In this document: piece by piece, positions 28,384 through 37,478 of the stretch
How the letters are laid out: each line of letters begins with the position of its first letter
Position numbering within the stretch: position 1 is the stretch's first letter
From: a virus
Virus record (IMG/VR): IMGVR_UViG_3300032309_000911
Span: 22,519 to 86,518 of that record
Direction: 5' to 3' (one strand)
DNA length: 64,000 nucleotides
Program-made: the position numbers and the translations under genes
Notes under the pieces: generated by a model
What the model saw: the letters and a program-made list of their open reading frames with translations, nothing else
Told to the model about the DNA's origin: nothing
Databases searched by the model: none

Positions 28384-29302
28384 TATAACAGTATCTATAA
28401 ATCCAAGTTATTTTTGTAATTTTAGATGTAATTTTTGTTATCTCGCAACTGAACAATTAGGTGATCAAAAAAAAATATCATTATCAATACTAGATAAAAG
28501 ATTAAAAGAAATTAGTAAAGTTAGAAATATAGAATGGGTTGATCTATATGGTGGAGAAATAGGCGCATTAAAAAAGGATTATTTTTATGGATTAAAAGAT
28601 GTAGTAAGAAAATATTACAAAGATAAAATTAATATAATAACCAATTATTCTATGTTACACGAAGGATTTTTTAAAGACGATTTTTATTTAAGTGTAAGTT
28701 ATGATTTCGAAGCAAGAGAAAAATCCGATTTAGTTTATAATAATATGTTTCAGAGTACGGTGCCTATTGCAGTATTAATACTTGCAAGTCAAAAGGTAAT
28801 AGAAATGAACGTAGATGATATGATAAACAAATTAAATCTTTGTTCTAGTATAGAAAGCGTGGAAATTAAACCATATTCAATAAATCAAGCAAATGAACAA
28901 TATGTTACACATAAAGATTTTGAATTGTTTGTGCAAAAATGGATTGAAAGTCCTGTAATAAAAAAATTTGATTTTATAAATGAAGGAAAAATAATTCAAA
29001 GTTTAAATAAAGAATACAACGCATTTTCAAACAATCATGTTTATATAACTCCTAATGGAAATTTTGCTGTATTAGAATTTGATAAAAATGATAAAGAGTA
29101 TTTTTTAGAATTAAGTTCTATTAAAGAATATATAAAATGGGCAGAACAAGAACCAATAAAAAATATTTCAGATATATGTAGAAAATGTAAATATTACGGT
29201 CATTGTTTAACTGAACATTATCGTTATGTAAAAGATTTAAATAACAGTTGTAATGGATATAAAGGATTATTAGAATATTATGGAAAAAGAATGGAAAATT
29301 AG
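28373..29302 (+). CDS. Radical SAM enzyme 4 with reduced SPASM-like tail
   Basis: CNFRCNFC, YGGE; C-terminal CRKCKYYGHCLTEH...C. Confidence 0.9.
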   Translation: MMNNITVSINPSYFCNFRCNFCYLATEQLGDQKKISLSILDKRLKEISKVRNIEWVDLYGGEIGALKKDYFYGLKDVVRKYYKDKINIITNYSMLHEGFFKDDFYLSVSYDFEAREKSDLVYNNMFQSTVPIAVLILASQKVIEMNVDDMINKLNLCSSIESVEIKPYSINQANEQYVTHKDFELFVQKWIESPVIKKFDFINEGKIIQSLNKEYNAFSNNHVYITPNGNFAVLEFDKNDKEYFLELSSIKEYIKWAEQEPIKNISDICRKCKYYGHCLTEHYRYVKDLNNSCNGYKGLLEYYGKRMEN

Positions 29303-29675
29303 ACAAGCATTATATCACAAATTAAATAGTGATTATACTGACGATCTAAAAAAGATAAAAATAGAAATAAGTAGCGATATTGTTGAAAATTGTATAAGAT
29401 ATTTTTATAATACCGATATGCCTTTTATATACCCGTCAAAAAGTTATGTGGTGGCCATTTGTTATGCCTATTGGTTATCAAAAGACTTTGGTGAAGATTT
29501 TTATGAATTGTTAAACGATAAAGATTTGTTATATGGAAACGACCCATATTTTAAAACATATGAAGAAGATACTAAAACGTATGATGAAATATTAAAAAAG
29601 GTTATGCCTCTTGATGAAAATAAAGGTATAGTGCCAGACATAAAGAATTATTATATGGCTGAATTTTTTATATAA
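29280..29675 (+). CDS. Hypothetical protein, last gene of the rSAM operon
   Basis: Overlaps rSAM4; YPSKSYVVAICYAYWL. Confidence 0.75.
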   Translation: MEKEWKIRQALYHKLNSDYTDDLKKIKIEISSDIVENCIRYFYNTDMPFIYPSKSYVVAICYAYWLSKDFGEDFYELLNDKDLLYGNDPYFKTYEEDTKTYDEILKKVMPLDENKGIVPDIKNYYMAEFFI

Positions 29676-29678
29676 ATA
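29671..29678 (+). promoter_or_regulatory. Late promoter TATAAATA
   Basis: Exact consensus marking the end of the rSAM operon and the start of the next unit. Confidence 0.75.
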
Positions 29679-29697
29679 ATAATGTAACAATATAAAG

Positions 29698-29919
29698 GTG
29701 AATGATATGACAATTAATATAAACGGTAAAGAATATGACGAAACTAAGTTTGATGATATATTAAAAAATTACATTATAGCTAGACAAGAAATACAAAACA
29801 GTAGAGTTCGCATGATTATGGAACTTGAAAAAGTTGATGTTCTTACGAACTATTATAATGCTAAAATTAATGAAGAATTAAAAAAATTAGAAGAACCAAA
29901 AGAAGAAATAAAAGAATAA
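29698..29919 (+). CDS. Small coiled-coil protein
   Basis: ININGKEYD plus heptad repeat; start may be 29707. Confidence 0.75.
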   Translation: MNDMTININGKEYDETKFDDILKNYIIARQEIQNSRVRMIMELEKVDVLTNYYNAKINEELKKLEEPKEEIKE

Positions 29920-29923
29920 AAAA

Positions 29924-30271
29924 ATGGCAGGTATAGCAAACTTATCAATAGACGCCGGCGCTACATTTACAAGTGATGTATTAGTACAGAATGATGATGG
30001 TACTGCTTTTAATTTAACAGGTTATACAGCTCAAGGTAAAATGTCTCAAGGATATTCTGCCACATATCAAAGAGTATATTTTGATATTACTATCTATCAA
30101 GCTGATGGAATAGTAACAATAGGTTTAGATCCTGCAACAACTGCTCAGTTAGAGGATGGCCGTTGGGTTTATGATGTAGAAATAACTAATGTAGCCGATA
30201 GTACAGTAACACGTGTTGTTGAAGGTATTATTACAGTTTATCCAGGTGTAGTTTCTACTTACAATCCTTAA
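29924..30271 (+). CDS. Small virion adaptor-like beta protein
   Basis: ANLSIDAGATF, FNLTGYT, GRWVYDVE and TRVVEGIITVYPGV, a common phage family beside fibre genes. Confidence 0.75.
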   Translation: MAGIANLSIDAGATFTSDVLVQNDDGTAFNLTGYTAQGKMSQGYSATYQRVYFDITIYQADGIVTIGLDPATTAQLEDGRWVYDVEITNVADSTVTRVVEGIITVYPGVVSTYNP

Positions 30272-31599
30272 TCGAAAAATTTATTTGTAGGTATTTTTAT
30301 TTCTACATTGTTTTTAGAAAAATGATAATCTCCATCTGGGCCATTATCACAAAAAGGTCCTGAAATTAATCTAAAACCTAAATCTTCAACATACTTAATT
30401 ACTTCATCTCTTAAAGGTGCGCCTTTGTTATATTCTACTATTTGTAATTCTAATATTAAATCTTTACAATGTTTTAAAGCTTCTTTAGATCCTTTTAAAA
30501 CATCCAATTCAGCACCTTGTACATCTATTTTTATTAAGTCCGGCATAGGCAGATTTCTTGAACTTATAATACTATCTAAAGTTTTAGTTTTATATAATTT
30601 TTTATTACTTTCATTATACAATCTATTAGATTCAGAACTGATTTGTTCGTTTTCTTTATAATAACTATTTCCACCAGGATGATAAGTGTTTTTATAAAAA
30701 TTAACTTCTTTATCTGTTCTATCACTTAGTACACCTATATGGTATTGTAAATTGTTTTCTTTGTATAAAAATTCACATTCTGACATTGCTTCAAAAACAA
30801 CATACTCAGCATTTGGCCATATTGTTTTAGCTTCACTTGTCCAATGTAGTACACAAGCACCTATATCGTAAATTACTTTTGGTGATATGTTTAAACTTTT
30901 CAAATAATCTACGTGTATTTGAGGTAACAATCTTTTAGTTGATAAATCTTTTAATCTATCAGTTATATTAATTTCTTTTTTATTTACAGTTGGAGTATTA
31001 GGTGTACTTTCCACTTTAAAAATCGTATTACCTATATGTTCACAATGTACTGTTGTATCAGCAAATATTTCAAAACCTTTTGCTTTAACTTTTCTACAAA
31101 AATCAACATCTTCTGATATTGTATTTTTATGATCTATTGCTGAATGATAAACAAAATGAGGATAAGGTATCGATCTAAAAACTTCTCCTTTAATTAATAC
31201 ACAACCCATTCCACAAGCTGCTAATTCAACTAATGGAGTATCCTTTATTTTTTCAAATGGTATATTTGAACAACCACCTCTATCATTGTGTTCATAAACT
31301 TCTAATATATGTTCGTTTTCTTTTCTTTGTATGTAAAGACCTGATATCATGTCTTTATTATGACTTAAAAGTTTTTTAAGTGTATCTGTTGAAAAAGAAA
31401 TATCACTATCTACTGAAAACAAATAATCATAATGAGTTGCCCAATGTGCTATTAAATTTCTTATTTGATCTATTTGATAACCAAAGAAAAATTGTAATTC
31501 TGTAGTATAACCATCGGGAATTTCAAGGTCATAAATGGCCTTCATTGTTTTTGTTTCAACGTATTTGTTTGTTGGTATAGCTATTAATATTTTTTTCAT
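30268..31599 (-). CDS. Glycosyltransferase (GT-A) fused to FkbM-family methyltransferase
   Basis: LFSVDSD (DxD), GMGCVLI and SEDVDFC; then YDIGA and IKIDVQGAELDVLKG. Confidence 0.88.
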   Translation of the reverse strand: MKKILIAIPTNKYVETKTMKAIYDLEIPDGYTTELQFFFGYQIDQIRNLIAHWATHYDYLFSVDSDISFSTDTLKKLLSHNKDMISGLYIQRKENEHILEVYEHNDRGGCSNIPFEKIKDTPLVELAACGMGCVLIKGEVFRSIPYPHFVYHSAIDHKNTISEDVDFCRKVKAKGFEIFADTTVHCEHIGNTIFKVESTPNTPTVNKKEINITDRLKDLSTKRLLPQIHVDYLKSLNISPKVIYDIGACVLHWTSEAKTIWPNAEYVVFEAMSECEFLYKENNLQYHIGVLSDRTDKEVNFYKNTYHPGGNSYYKENEQISSESNRLYNESNKKLYKTKTLDSIISSRNLPMPDLIKIDVQGAELDVLKGSKEALKHCKDLILELQIVEYNKGAPLRDEVIKYVEDLGFRLISGPFCDNGPDGDYHFSKNNVEIKIPTNKFFD

Positions 31600-33623
31600 T
31601 GATTTAATATCCTGTTTGCGTTTTTAGTTTGTTCTTCAGAGTTTACTTTATAATCATTTAAAGCGTGTGTGTCATTATAGTTATAAACAATGTCTTGTAC
31701 TACTTTAATACTTTCAGGTTGACATTTTTCTATTAGAGAATAGAAAATAGAACCATCGCCTCCTGCTTTATACCATTTTCCATTTTCATCTTTAAACATA
31801 CTTTCATCAATATTTTCTAAAAGATATGCTTTAAATGTTCTTAAATGAGTATAAGGCATGTTCCAATTAAATTTGTATTGTCTATATTTCTTTTCTTTTT
31901 TAATTTGTTCTGGATAAGGTTGAGACACTAAAGGTATATTATCTACCATTGACCAACATGAACCATAACTAAACTCAGTTGTACCATCATAAATATTATT
32001 ATAAAAATGAAATATTTGATTATCGTTTACTAAAGAATCATCACCATCTAAAAACATTACAATATCATCACGTTCACAAAATTTGTTTATTGATTCTATT
32101 TGATTTCTTACAGCGCCTTTATTTTCTTTATTTCTTATTACTTTAATCTTATCACTTTCATATTTTTTAGCCAACTCATAAGTATTATCTGTAGAACAAT
32201 CATCAATAACAACCATTAAATAATTATCATAATCTTGTGTAATAACCGATTCAATACATCTTTCAATATATTTAGAAGCATTATAAGTAGGTGAAATTAT
32301 AACAATCTTTTGTTCTTTATTTCTAGGTAAATAATTTTCTTCATAATTATTAAATCTTCTACCAAATACTTTTTTAACCCTAGAATTAATATGACTTACT
32401 TCTTTATATTCTTCTTTTGAAAGATATGCGCCTAATTTTTTATAGATGTGTTGTTTCCATTGTAATGCAATTGAATCCCAACCAACAATACCTTTTATGA
32501 TATTACAAGAATACATTTTTTGTTGATGTAAGTATCTATTAGCATTGGCCTGTAAAACCATATTTACAAATTTATTTTCTTGTTCTTTTTTATCAATAAA
32601 CTTAAAAAGACTATTTGGTTCTATTGCATAATCCATTAAATAGCATGCCTGTTCAACTGCTGTTTCTTCTAAAGCTCCAAAACGAGTTGTAATTAAAGGA
32701 GTGTTATATGCTAAAGATTCTAAAGTTGAAATACCAAATGTTTCAGGAAAGGCACCAGGAAATAACATAAAGCTGGCTTTTGCCATTAATTCTGCTATTT
32801 CTGATTGTTTAATTATTCCTGTAAATTCGATATCTAACTTTTTATATTTTTCATCAGCAACTAATTGTCTCCATTTTTTTTCTTGTTCATCTGGTTCAGC
32901 ATTTTCTCTAAATCTATAATATCCACCAATTACTTTTAATTTGGCTTCAGGTATTTGTTGTTTGATTCTTTCCCACATATTTTCAACTAGAGGCAACATA
33001 CCTTTTGTAACAGAGGCATTATAAACATATAAATGAGGATCTTTTTGTCTTATGTCTATTTCATCTTTGTAAAGTACGATACCATTACGTGTCATAAACA
33101 TATGAGATTTAAGTACTTCAAAATTTCTTCTTTTACCATGATCACACGTAGTTACATAAGAAGTATGAAAATCTGAAAGGGTAAATATTTCATCCATATC
33201 TTTATGAACAATCATATCTTCTAATAAATGATCGCCTTTAGCAAAAGTATCGTGCATCCACATTGCTTTAAATTTAGCATTTTGTTTTATTTTAGAATAT
33301 CTTTGAGGTTTAAAATTTTCAAATTGATTATATAAGTGTGGTGGTAAAAACGGTATTACTGTTCTCGAAGATATAACTACATCAAAACTAAAATCATTTT
33401 TATAATCTAATATAGTGTGATCTATATATTGAACATTATCAAATATTCCTTCTTTTGATTCTTTATCTATACAATTATTAAATACGGTTACTTTAAAATT
33501 TTTTTTAGCTAATTCTTTTGCAAGTAAAATTACGGCTGATTCTGATCCTCCTAAACCTCTTTTGTTTAAGGTATCGCCGTCATAAGTCAATCCAATAATG
33601 TCAATAATAGCTATAGAAATCAT
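31596..33623 (-). CDS. Bifunctional glycosyltransferase (GT4-like plus GT2)
   Basis: GLGGSESA and FPETFGISTLESLA; then ISPTYNA, IDDCSTD and FLDGDD. Confidence 0.9.
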   Translation of the reverse strand: MISIAIIDIIGLTYDGDTLNKRGLGGSESAVILLAKELAKKNFKVTVFNNCIDKESKEGIFDNVQYIDHTILDYKNDFSFDVVISSRTVIPFLPPHLYNQFENFKPQRYSKIKQNAKFKAMWMHDTFAKGDHLLEDMIVHKDMDEIFTLSDFHTSYVTTCDHGKRRNFEVLKSHMFMTRNGIVLYKDEIDIRQKDPHLYVYNASVTKGMLPLVENMWERIKQQIPEAKLKVIGGYYRFRENAEPDEQEKKWRQLVADEKYKKLDIEFTGIIKQSEIAELMAKASFMLFPGAFPETFGISTLESLAYNTPLITTRFGALEETAVEQACYLMDYAIEPNSLFKFIDKKEQENKFVNMVLQANANRYLHQQKMYSCNIIKGIVGWDSIALQWKQHIYKKLGAYLSKEEYKEVSHINSRVKKVFGRRFNNYEENYLPRNKEQKIVIISPTYNASKYIERCIESVITQDYDNYLMVVIDDCSTDNTYELAKKYESDKIKVIRNKENKGAVRNQIESINKFCERDDIVMFLDGDDSLVNDNQIFHFYNNIYDGTTEFSYGSCWSMVDNIPLVSQPYPEQIKKEKKYRQYKFNWNMPYTHLRTFKAYLLENIDESMFKDENGKWYKAGGDGSIFYSLIEKCQPESIKVVQDIVYNYNDTHALNDYKVNSEEQTKNANRILNQ

Positions 33624-33640
33624 TTAAATAAAGTTAAAAT

Positions 33641-33652
33641 TATTTATAAATA
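33641..33652. promoter_or_regulatory. Palindromic bidirectional late promoter TATTTATAAATA
   Basis: TATAAATA on + (33645-33652) and on - (33648-33641), between divergent GT and fibre genes. Confidence 0.75.
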
Positions 33653-33694
33653 TACAGTAACATAATTTAATTAAAATGTCAATAAAATAAAAGT

Positions 33695-36600
33695 ATGCCA
33701 GTAATAAAAGGTCCTACACAACAAGTAAGAGTAACATTACCATCTAAAGGTGGGCCAGGTTATACAGGTTCACAAGGCCCAATAGGTTATACAGGTTCTG
33801 CCGGAACAGGTGGTGGTGGAGGAGGATACACAGGCAGTCAAGGTTACACAGGTTCTCAAGGCTACACAGGATCTTTAGGTTATACAGGATCTATAGGTTA
33901 TACAGGTTCTGCTGGTTCAACAGGATTTACCGGTTCAAAAGGAGATACAGGATCATTAGGTTATACAGGATCAGCAGGTGTTGGTTATACAGGTTCTGCT
34001 GGCGTAGGATTCACAGGTTCAAAAGGAGATTCAGGCTCTACAGGATACACAGGATCGGTGGGTGTTGGTTATACAGGTTCTGCTGGTGTAGGATTTACAG
34101 GTTCAGCTGGTGTAGGATTTACAGGTTCAGCTGGCTCAGCTGGTGCTACAGGTTACACAGGTTCAGCTGGTTCAACAGGAGCTACAGGTTATACTGGTTC
34201 AGCCGGCGTTACAGGATTTACCGGTTCTGTTGGTTCAGCAGGCGCTACAGGATTTACAGGATCTGCTGGAGCTGGATTTACCGGATCAGCTGGCTCTACA
34301 GGATTTACCGGTTCAAAAGGTGATATAGGATATACAGGTTCAACAGGAGCTGGTTATACAGGTTCGGCTGGCTCTACAGGATTTACCGGTTCAAAAGGTG
34401 ATACAGGATTTACAGGTTCAACAGGAGCTGGTTATACAGGTTCGGCTGGCGCTACAGGATTTACCGGTTCAAAAGGTGATACAGGATTTACCGGTTCAAC
34501 AGGAGCTGGTTATACAGGTTCAGCAGGTACTAATGGATATACAGGATCAAAAGGAGATTTAGGATTTACAGGATCTGCCGGTGCTGGATTTACCGGTTCA
34601 GCTGGCGCTACAGGATTTACAGGTTCTGCTGGTTCAGATGGTGCTACAGGATTTACAGGTTCAGCAGGAGCTGGTTATACAGGTTCGGCTGGCGCTACAG
34701 GATTTACAGGTTCTGCTGGCTCAGCTGGTGCTACAGGTTACACAGGTTCAAAAGGTGCTGACGGTATAATTGGTGTTGATGGTTATACTGGTAGTCAAGG
34801 TTATACAGGTTCAGCTGGCTCAGCAGGAGCAACAGGTTTTACAGGATCAAAAGGTGATCAAGGCACACAAGGTTTTACAGGATCAGCAGGTGTTGGTTAT
34901 ACAGGTTCAGCAGGTATTAATGGATATACAGGATCAAAAGGAGATTTAGGATTTACAGGATCTGCCGGTGCTGATGGAGATATTTACCATACAACATCAA
35001 CTACAAATTTAAATCTTTCTACTTACGCTCTTACTGATACTATTACATTAACAACAGTAGATTTAGGATTAGACTATTCACCACAACAAACAATTATAAT
35101 TGCTTCAACAGCAACTCCTACAAATCATATACATGCTAAAGTTTTAACTTACAATGTAGGTACAGGTGTTTTAACTGCTGAAGTTACTAATATAGATAAC
35201 GCCGCTAACAGTTCTTTAAGTTCTTGGGAAATTAATTTAGATGGTGCTGTAGGTATTAGAGGTTATACGGGATCAAAAGGCGATGTAGGATATGTTGGTT
35301 CAAAAGGTGATATAGGATATACAGGCTCTAAAGGTGATATAGGATATACCGGTTCAAAAGGAGATTTAGGTTATACAGGATCTTTAGGTTATACCGGATC
35401 AGAAGGAAATTTAGACGTAACTACAGCTGCTACTCCTCCTTCAAGTGCTCAATATGGAGATGTTTGGATTGATGAATCAACAGGCGTACAATATTTTTAT
35501 TATACAGATGGAGATACTGATCAATGGGTAGAATTTTCAAACGTAGGATTAAAAGGTTATACTGGTTCACAAGGTAATATAGGATATACAGGTTCTGCTG
35601 GAACTATAGGTTACACAGGTTCAGCTGGAATAGGATATACAGGATCGCAAGGTAATATAGGATATACAGGTTCTGCTGGAACTATAGGTTATACAGGTTC
35701 AGCCGGAATAGGATATACAGGTTCTGCTGGAACTATAGGTTATACAGGTTCTGTTGGTTCACAAGGTTCTTTAGGATATACAGGTTCAATAGGTGCTCAG
35801 GGTAATATTGGTTATACAGGCTCTGTAGGTTCTACAGGTTTTACAGGATCGGCAGGAGCTACAGGTTTTACAGGCTCACTAGGAAATATTGGATTTACAG
35901 GTTCTGCTGGTTCAGCAGGCTCAACAGGTGCTACAGGTTTTACAGGTTCTTTAGGAAATATTGGATATACAGGCTCTGCAGGAGCTGGTTACACAGGCTC
36001 ACAAGGTGTTATAGGATATACAGGTTCAGCTGGTGCAGGTGGCAGTGGACCATTTGCCGTTTGTAATACATCAAACATTGTATCTACCGGCGCTGGCTTA
36101 TGTACAGGAACTGGCGGTACTGGTACACATAACTTTTTTGCTGGCGAGTGTGCTGGTGCATGTAATACAACAGGTGAACGTAATATTTTTATAGGTAAAT
36201 ATGCTGGCCGTTGTAATAGAGGTGGATACTTAAATACATTTTTAGGAAATGATGCAGGACGTTCTAATACTACAGGATCTCAAAATACATTTATAGGTTA
36301 TGGTGCTGGTTGTTGCAATACTACCGGTAGTAATAATTTTTATGTTGGTACATTAGTCGGTCAATATGCTACTACATCAAGTCATAATATTTTTATAGGA
36401 GATCAAGCTGGTAAAGAATTAAGAACTGGCTCTTATAATTTTGTTTTCGGAAGATTTGCTGGGAAAAATTTAAACACTGCATGTGATAATATTTTTGTAG
36501 GTCGCCGTGCAGGTGAATGTTCTACAGGTTCCGGTAATATATTTTTAGGTTCTCAGGCTGGATGTAGATCTGGAACGACCAGTGGAAACTTTTTTGCAGG

Positions 36601-37477
36601 AACTAGTGCAGGTTGGTATAATACTACAGGTTCTAATAATTTAATTCTTGGACAAGCTGCAGGTTGTGTTAACACCGTAGGTAGTTATAATACTTTTTTA
36701 GGTATGTTTTCTGGATATTGTCCAAGCTTGTCCACTGGTAACACTTCAGGTTCTAATAATATTTTTATAGGTTGTGAATCCATTGGAGATGGAGCTAGTT
36801 GTTCAAATCAAATTGTTTTAAGAGCAGGATCTAATACACTTAAAGTTAGTTCTACTGGAGTATTTACATTAAATGGCACGACAGTTGGTTCAGGTTCAGC
36901 CGGTTATGCAGGTTCAAGAGGTTATACTGGTTCACAAGGTGATATCGGTGCATCAGGTTATACAGGGTCTAAAGGTGATCCAGGTGGTTATACAGGTTCT
37001 CAAGGTACTACAGGTTATACAGGTTCTAAAGGAGATGCAGGTGGTTATACAGGTTCTCAAGGTACTACAGGTTATACTGGAAGTGCGGGAACTGGAGCTT
37101 CTGCTAGGTCAACATCTTCTGTTACATCTTCATCATTAACAGATGGAAATTCTGAAAATTTAACAATTACAGGTTTTAAAGGTTATGCTTTATTAAAAAT
37201 ACAAACATCTGCTGCCGCATGGGTAAGAATTTATACAGATACAACATCACGTAGTAACGATAGTTCAAGATCAGAATTAACAGATCCATCTCCTGGTTCA
37301 GGAGTTATTGCTGAAGTAATAACAACAGGCAATCAAACTATTTTAATATCGCCTGCAGTTTTAGGATTTAATAATGAAAATCCTATAGTTACAAATATTC
37401 CTATAACTGTAAAAAATAAAAGTGGAGGCACTACTGCAATTACAATTACATTGACAATAATACAATTAGAAATTTAA
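33695..37477 (+). CDS. Long fibre protein: G(Y/F)TGS collagen-like repeats plus Cys-rich beta-helix
   Basis: Long Gly-X-Y tracts, GDVWID module and NxFIGxxAGxCNTTG repeats. Confidence 0.85.
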   Translation: MPVIKGPTQQVRVTLPSKGGPGYTGSQGPIGYTGSAGTGGGGGGYTGSQGYTGSQGYTGSLGYTGSIGYTGSAGSTGFTGSKGDTGSLGYTGSAGVGYTGSAGVGFTGSKGDSGSTGYTGSVGVGYTGSAGVGFTGSAGVGFTGSAGSAGATGYTGSAGSTGATGYTGSAGVTGFTGSVGSAGATGFTGSAGAGFTGSAGSTGFTGSKGDIGYTGSTGAGYTGSAGSTGFTGSKGDTGFTGSTGAGYTGSAGATGFTGSKGDTGFTGSTGAGYTGSAGTNGYTGSKGDLGFTGSAGAGFTGSAGATGFTGSAGSDGATGFTGSAGAGYTGSAGATGFTGSAGSAGATGYTGSKGADGIIGVDGYTGSQGYTGSAGSAGATGFTGSKGDQGTQGFTGSAGVGYTGSAGINGYTGSKGDLGFTGSAGADGDIYHTTSTTNLNLSTYALTDTITLTTVDLGLDYSPQQTIIIASTATPTNHIHAKVLTYNVGTGVLTAEVTNIDNAANSSLSSWEINLDGAVGIRGYTGSKGDVGYVGSKGDIGYTGSKGDIGYTGSKGDLGYTGSLGYTGSEGNLDVTTAATPPSSAQYGDVWIDESTGVQYFYYTDGDTDQWVEFSNVGLKGYTGSQGNIGYTGSAGTIGYTGSAGIGYTGSQGNIGYTGSAGTIGYTGSAGIGYTGSAGTIGYTGSVGSQGSLGYTGSIGAQGNIGYTGSVGSTGFTGSAGATGFTGSLGNIGFTGSAGSAGSTGATGFTGSLGNIGYTGSAGAGYTGSQGVIGYTGSAGAGGSGPFAVCNTSNIVSTGAGLCTGTGGTGTHNFFAGECAGACNTTGERNIFIGKYAGRCNRGGYLNTFLGNDAGRSNTTGSQNTFIGYGAGCCNTTGSNNFYVGTLVGQYATTSSHNIFIGDQAGKELRTGSYNFVFGRFAGKNLNTACDNIFVGRRAGECSTGSGNIFLGSQAGCRSGTTSGNFFAGTSAGWYNTTGSNNLILGQAAGCVNTVGSYNTFLGMFSGYCPSLSTGNTSGSNNIFIGCESIGDGASCSNQIVLRAGSNTLKVSSTGVFTLNGTTVGSGSAGYAGSRGYTGSQGDIGASGYTGSKGDPGGYTGSQGTTGYTGSKGDAGGYTGSQGTTGYTGSAGTGASARSTSSVTSSSLTDGNSENLTITGFKGYALLKIQTSAAAWVRIYTDTTSRSNDSSRSELTDPSPGSGVIAEVITTGNQTILISPAVLGFNNENPIVTNIPITVKNKSGGTTAITITLTIIQLEI

Positions 37478-37478
37478 A

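Noticed and set aside
20838-29675. rSAM cluster as a queuosine/7-deazaguanine, molybdopterin, PQQ or NrdG pathway
   Set aside because: No QueC/QueD/FolE, MoaC, PqqB/C or NrdD partners; SPASM-type tails and the late structural context point to protein substrates
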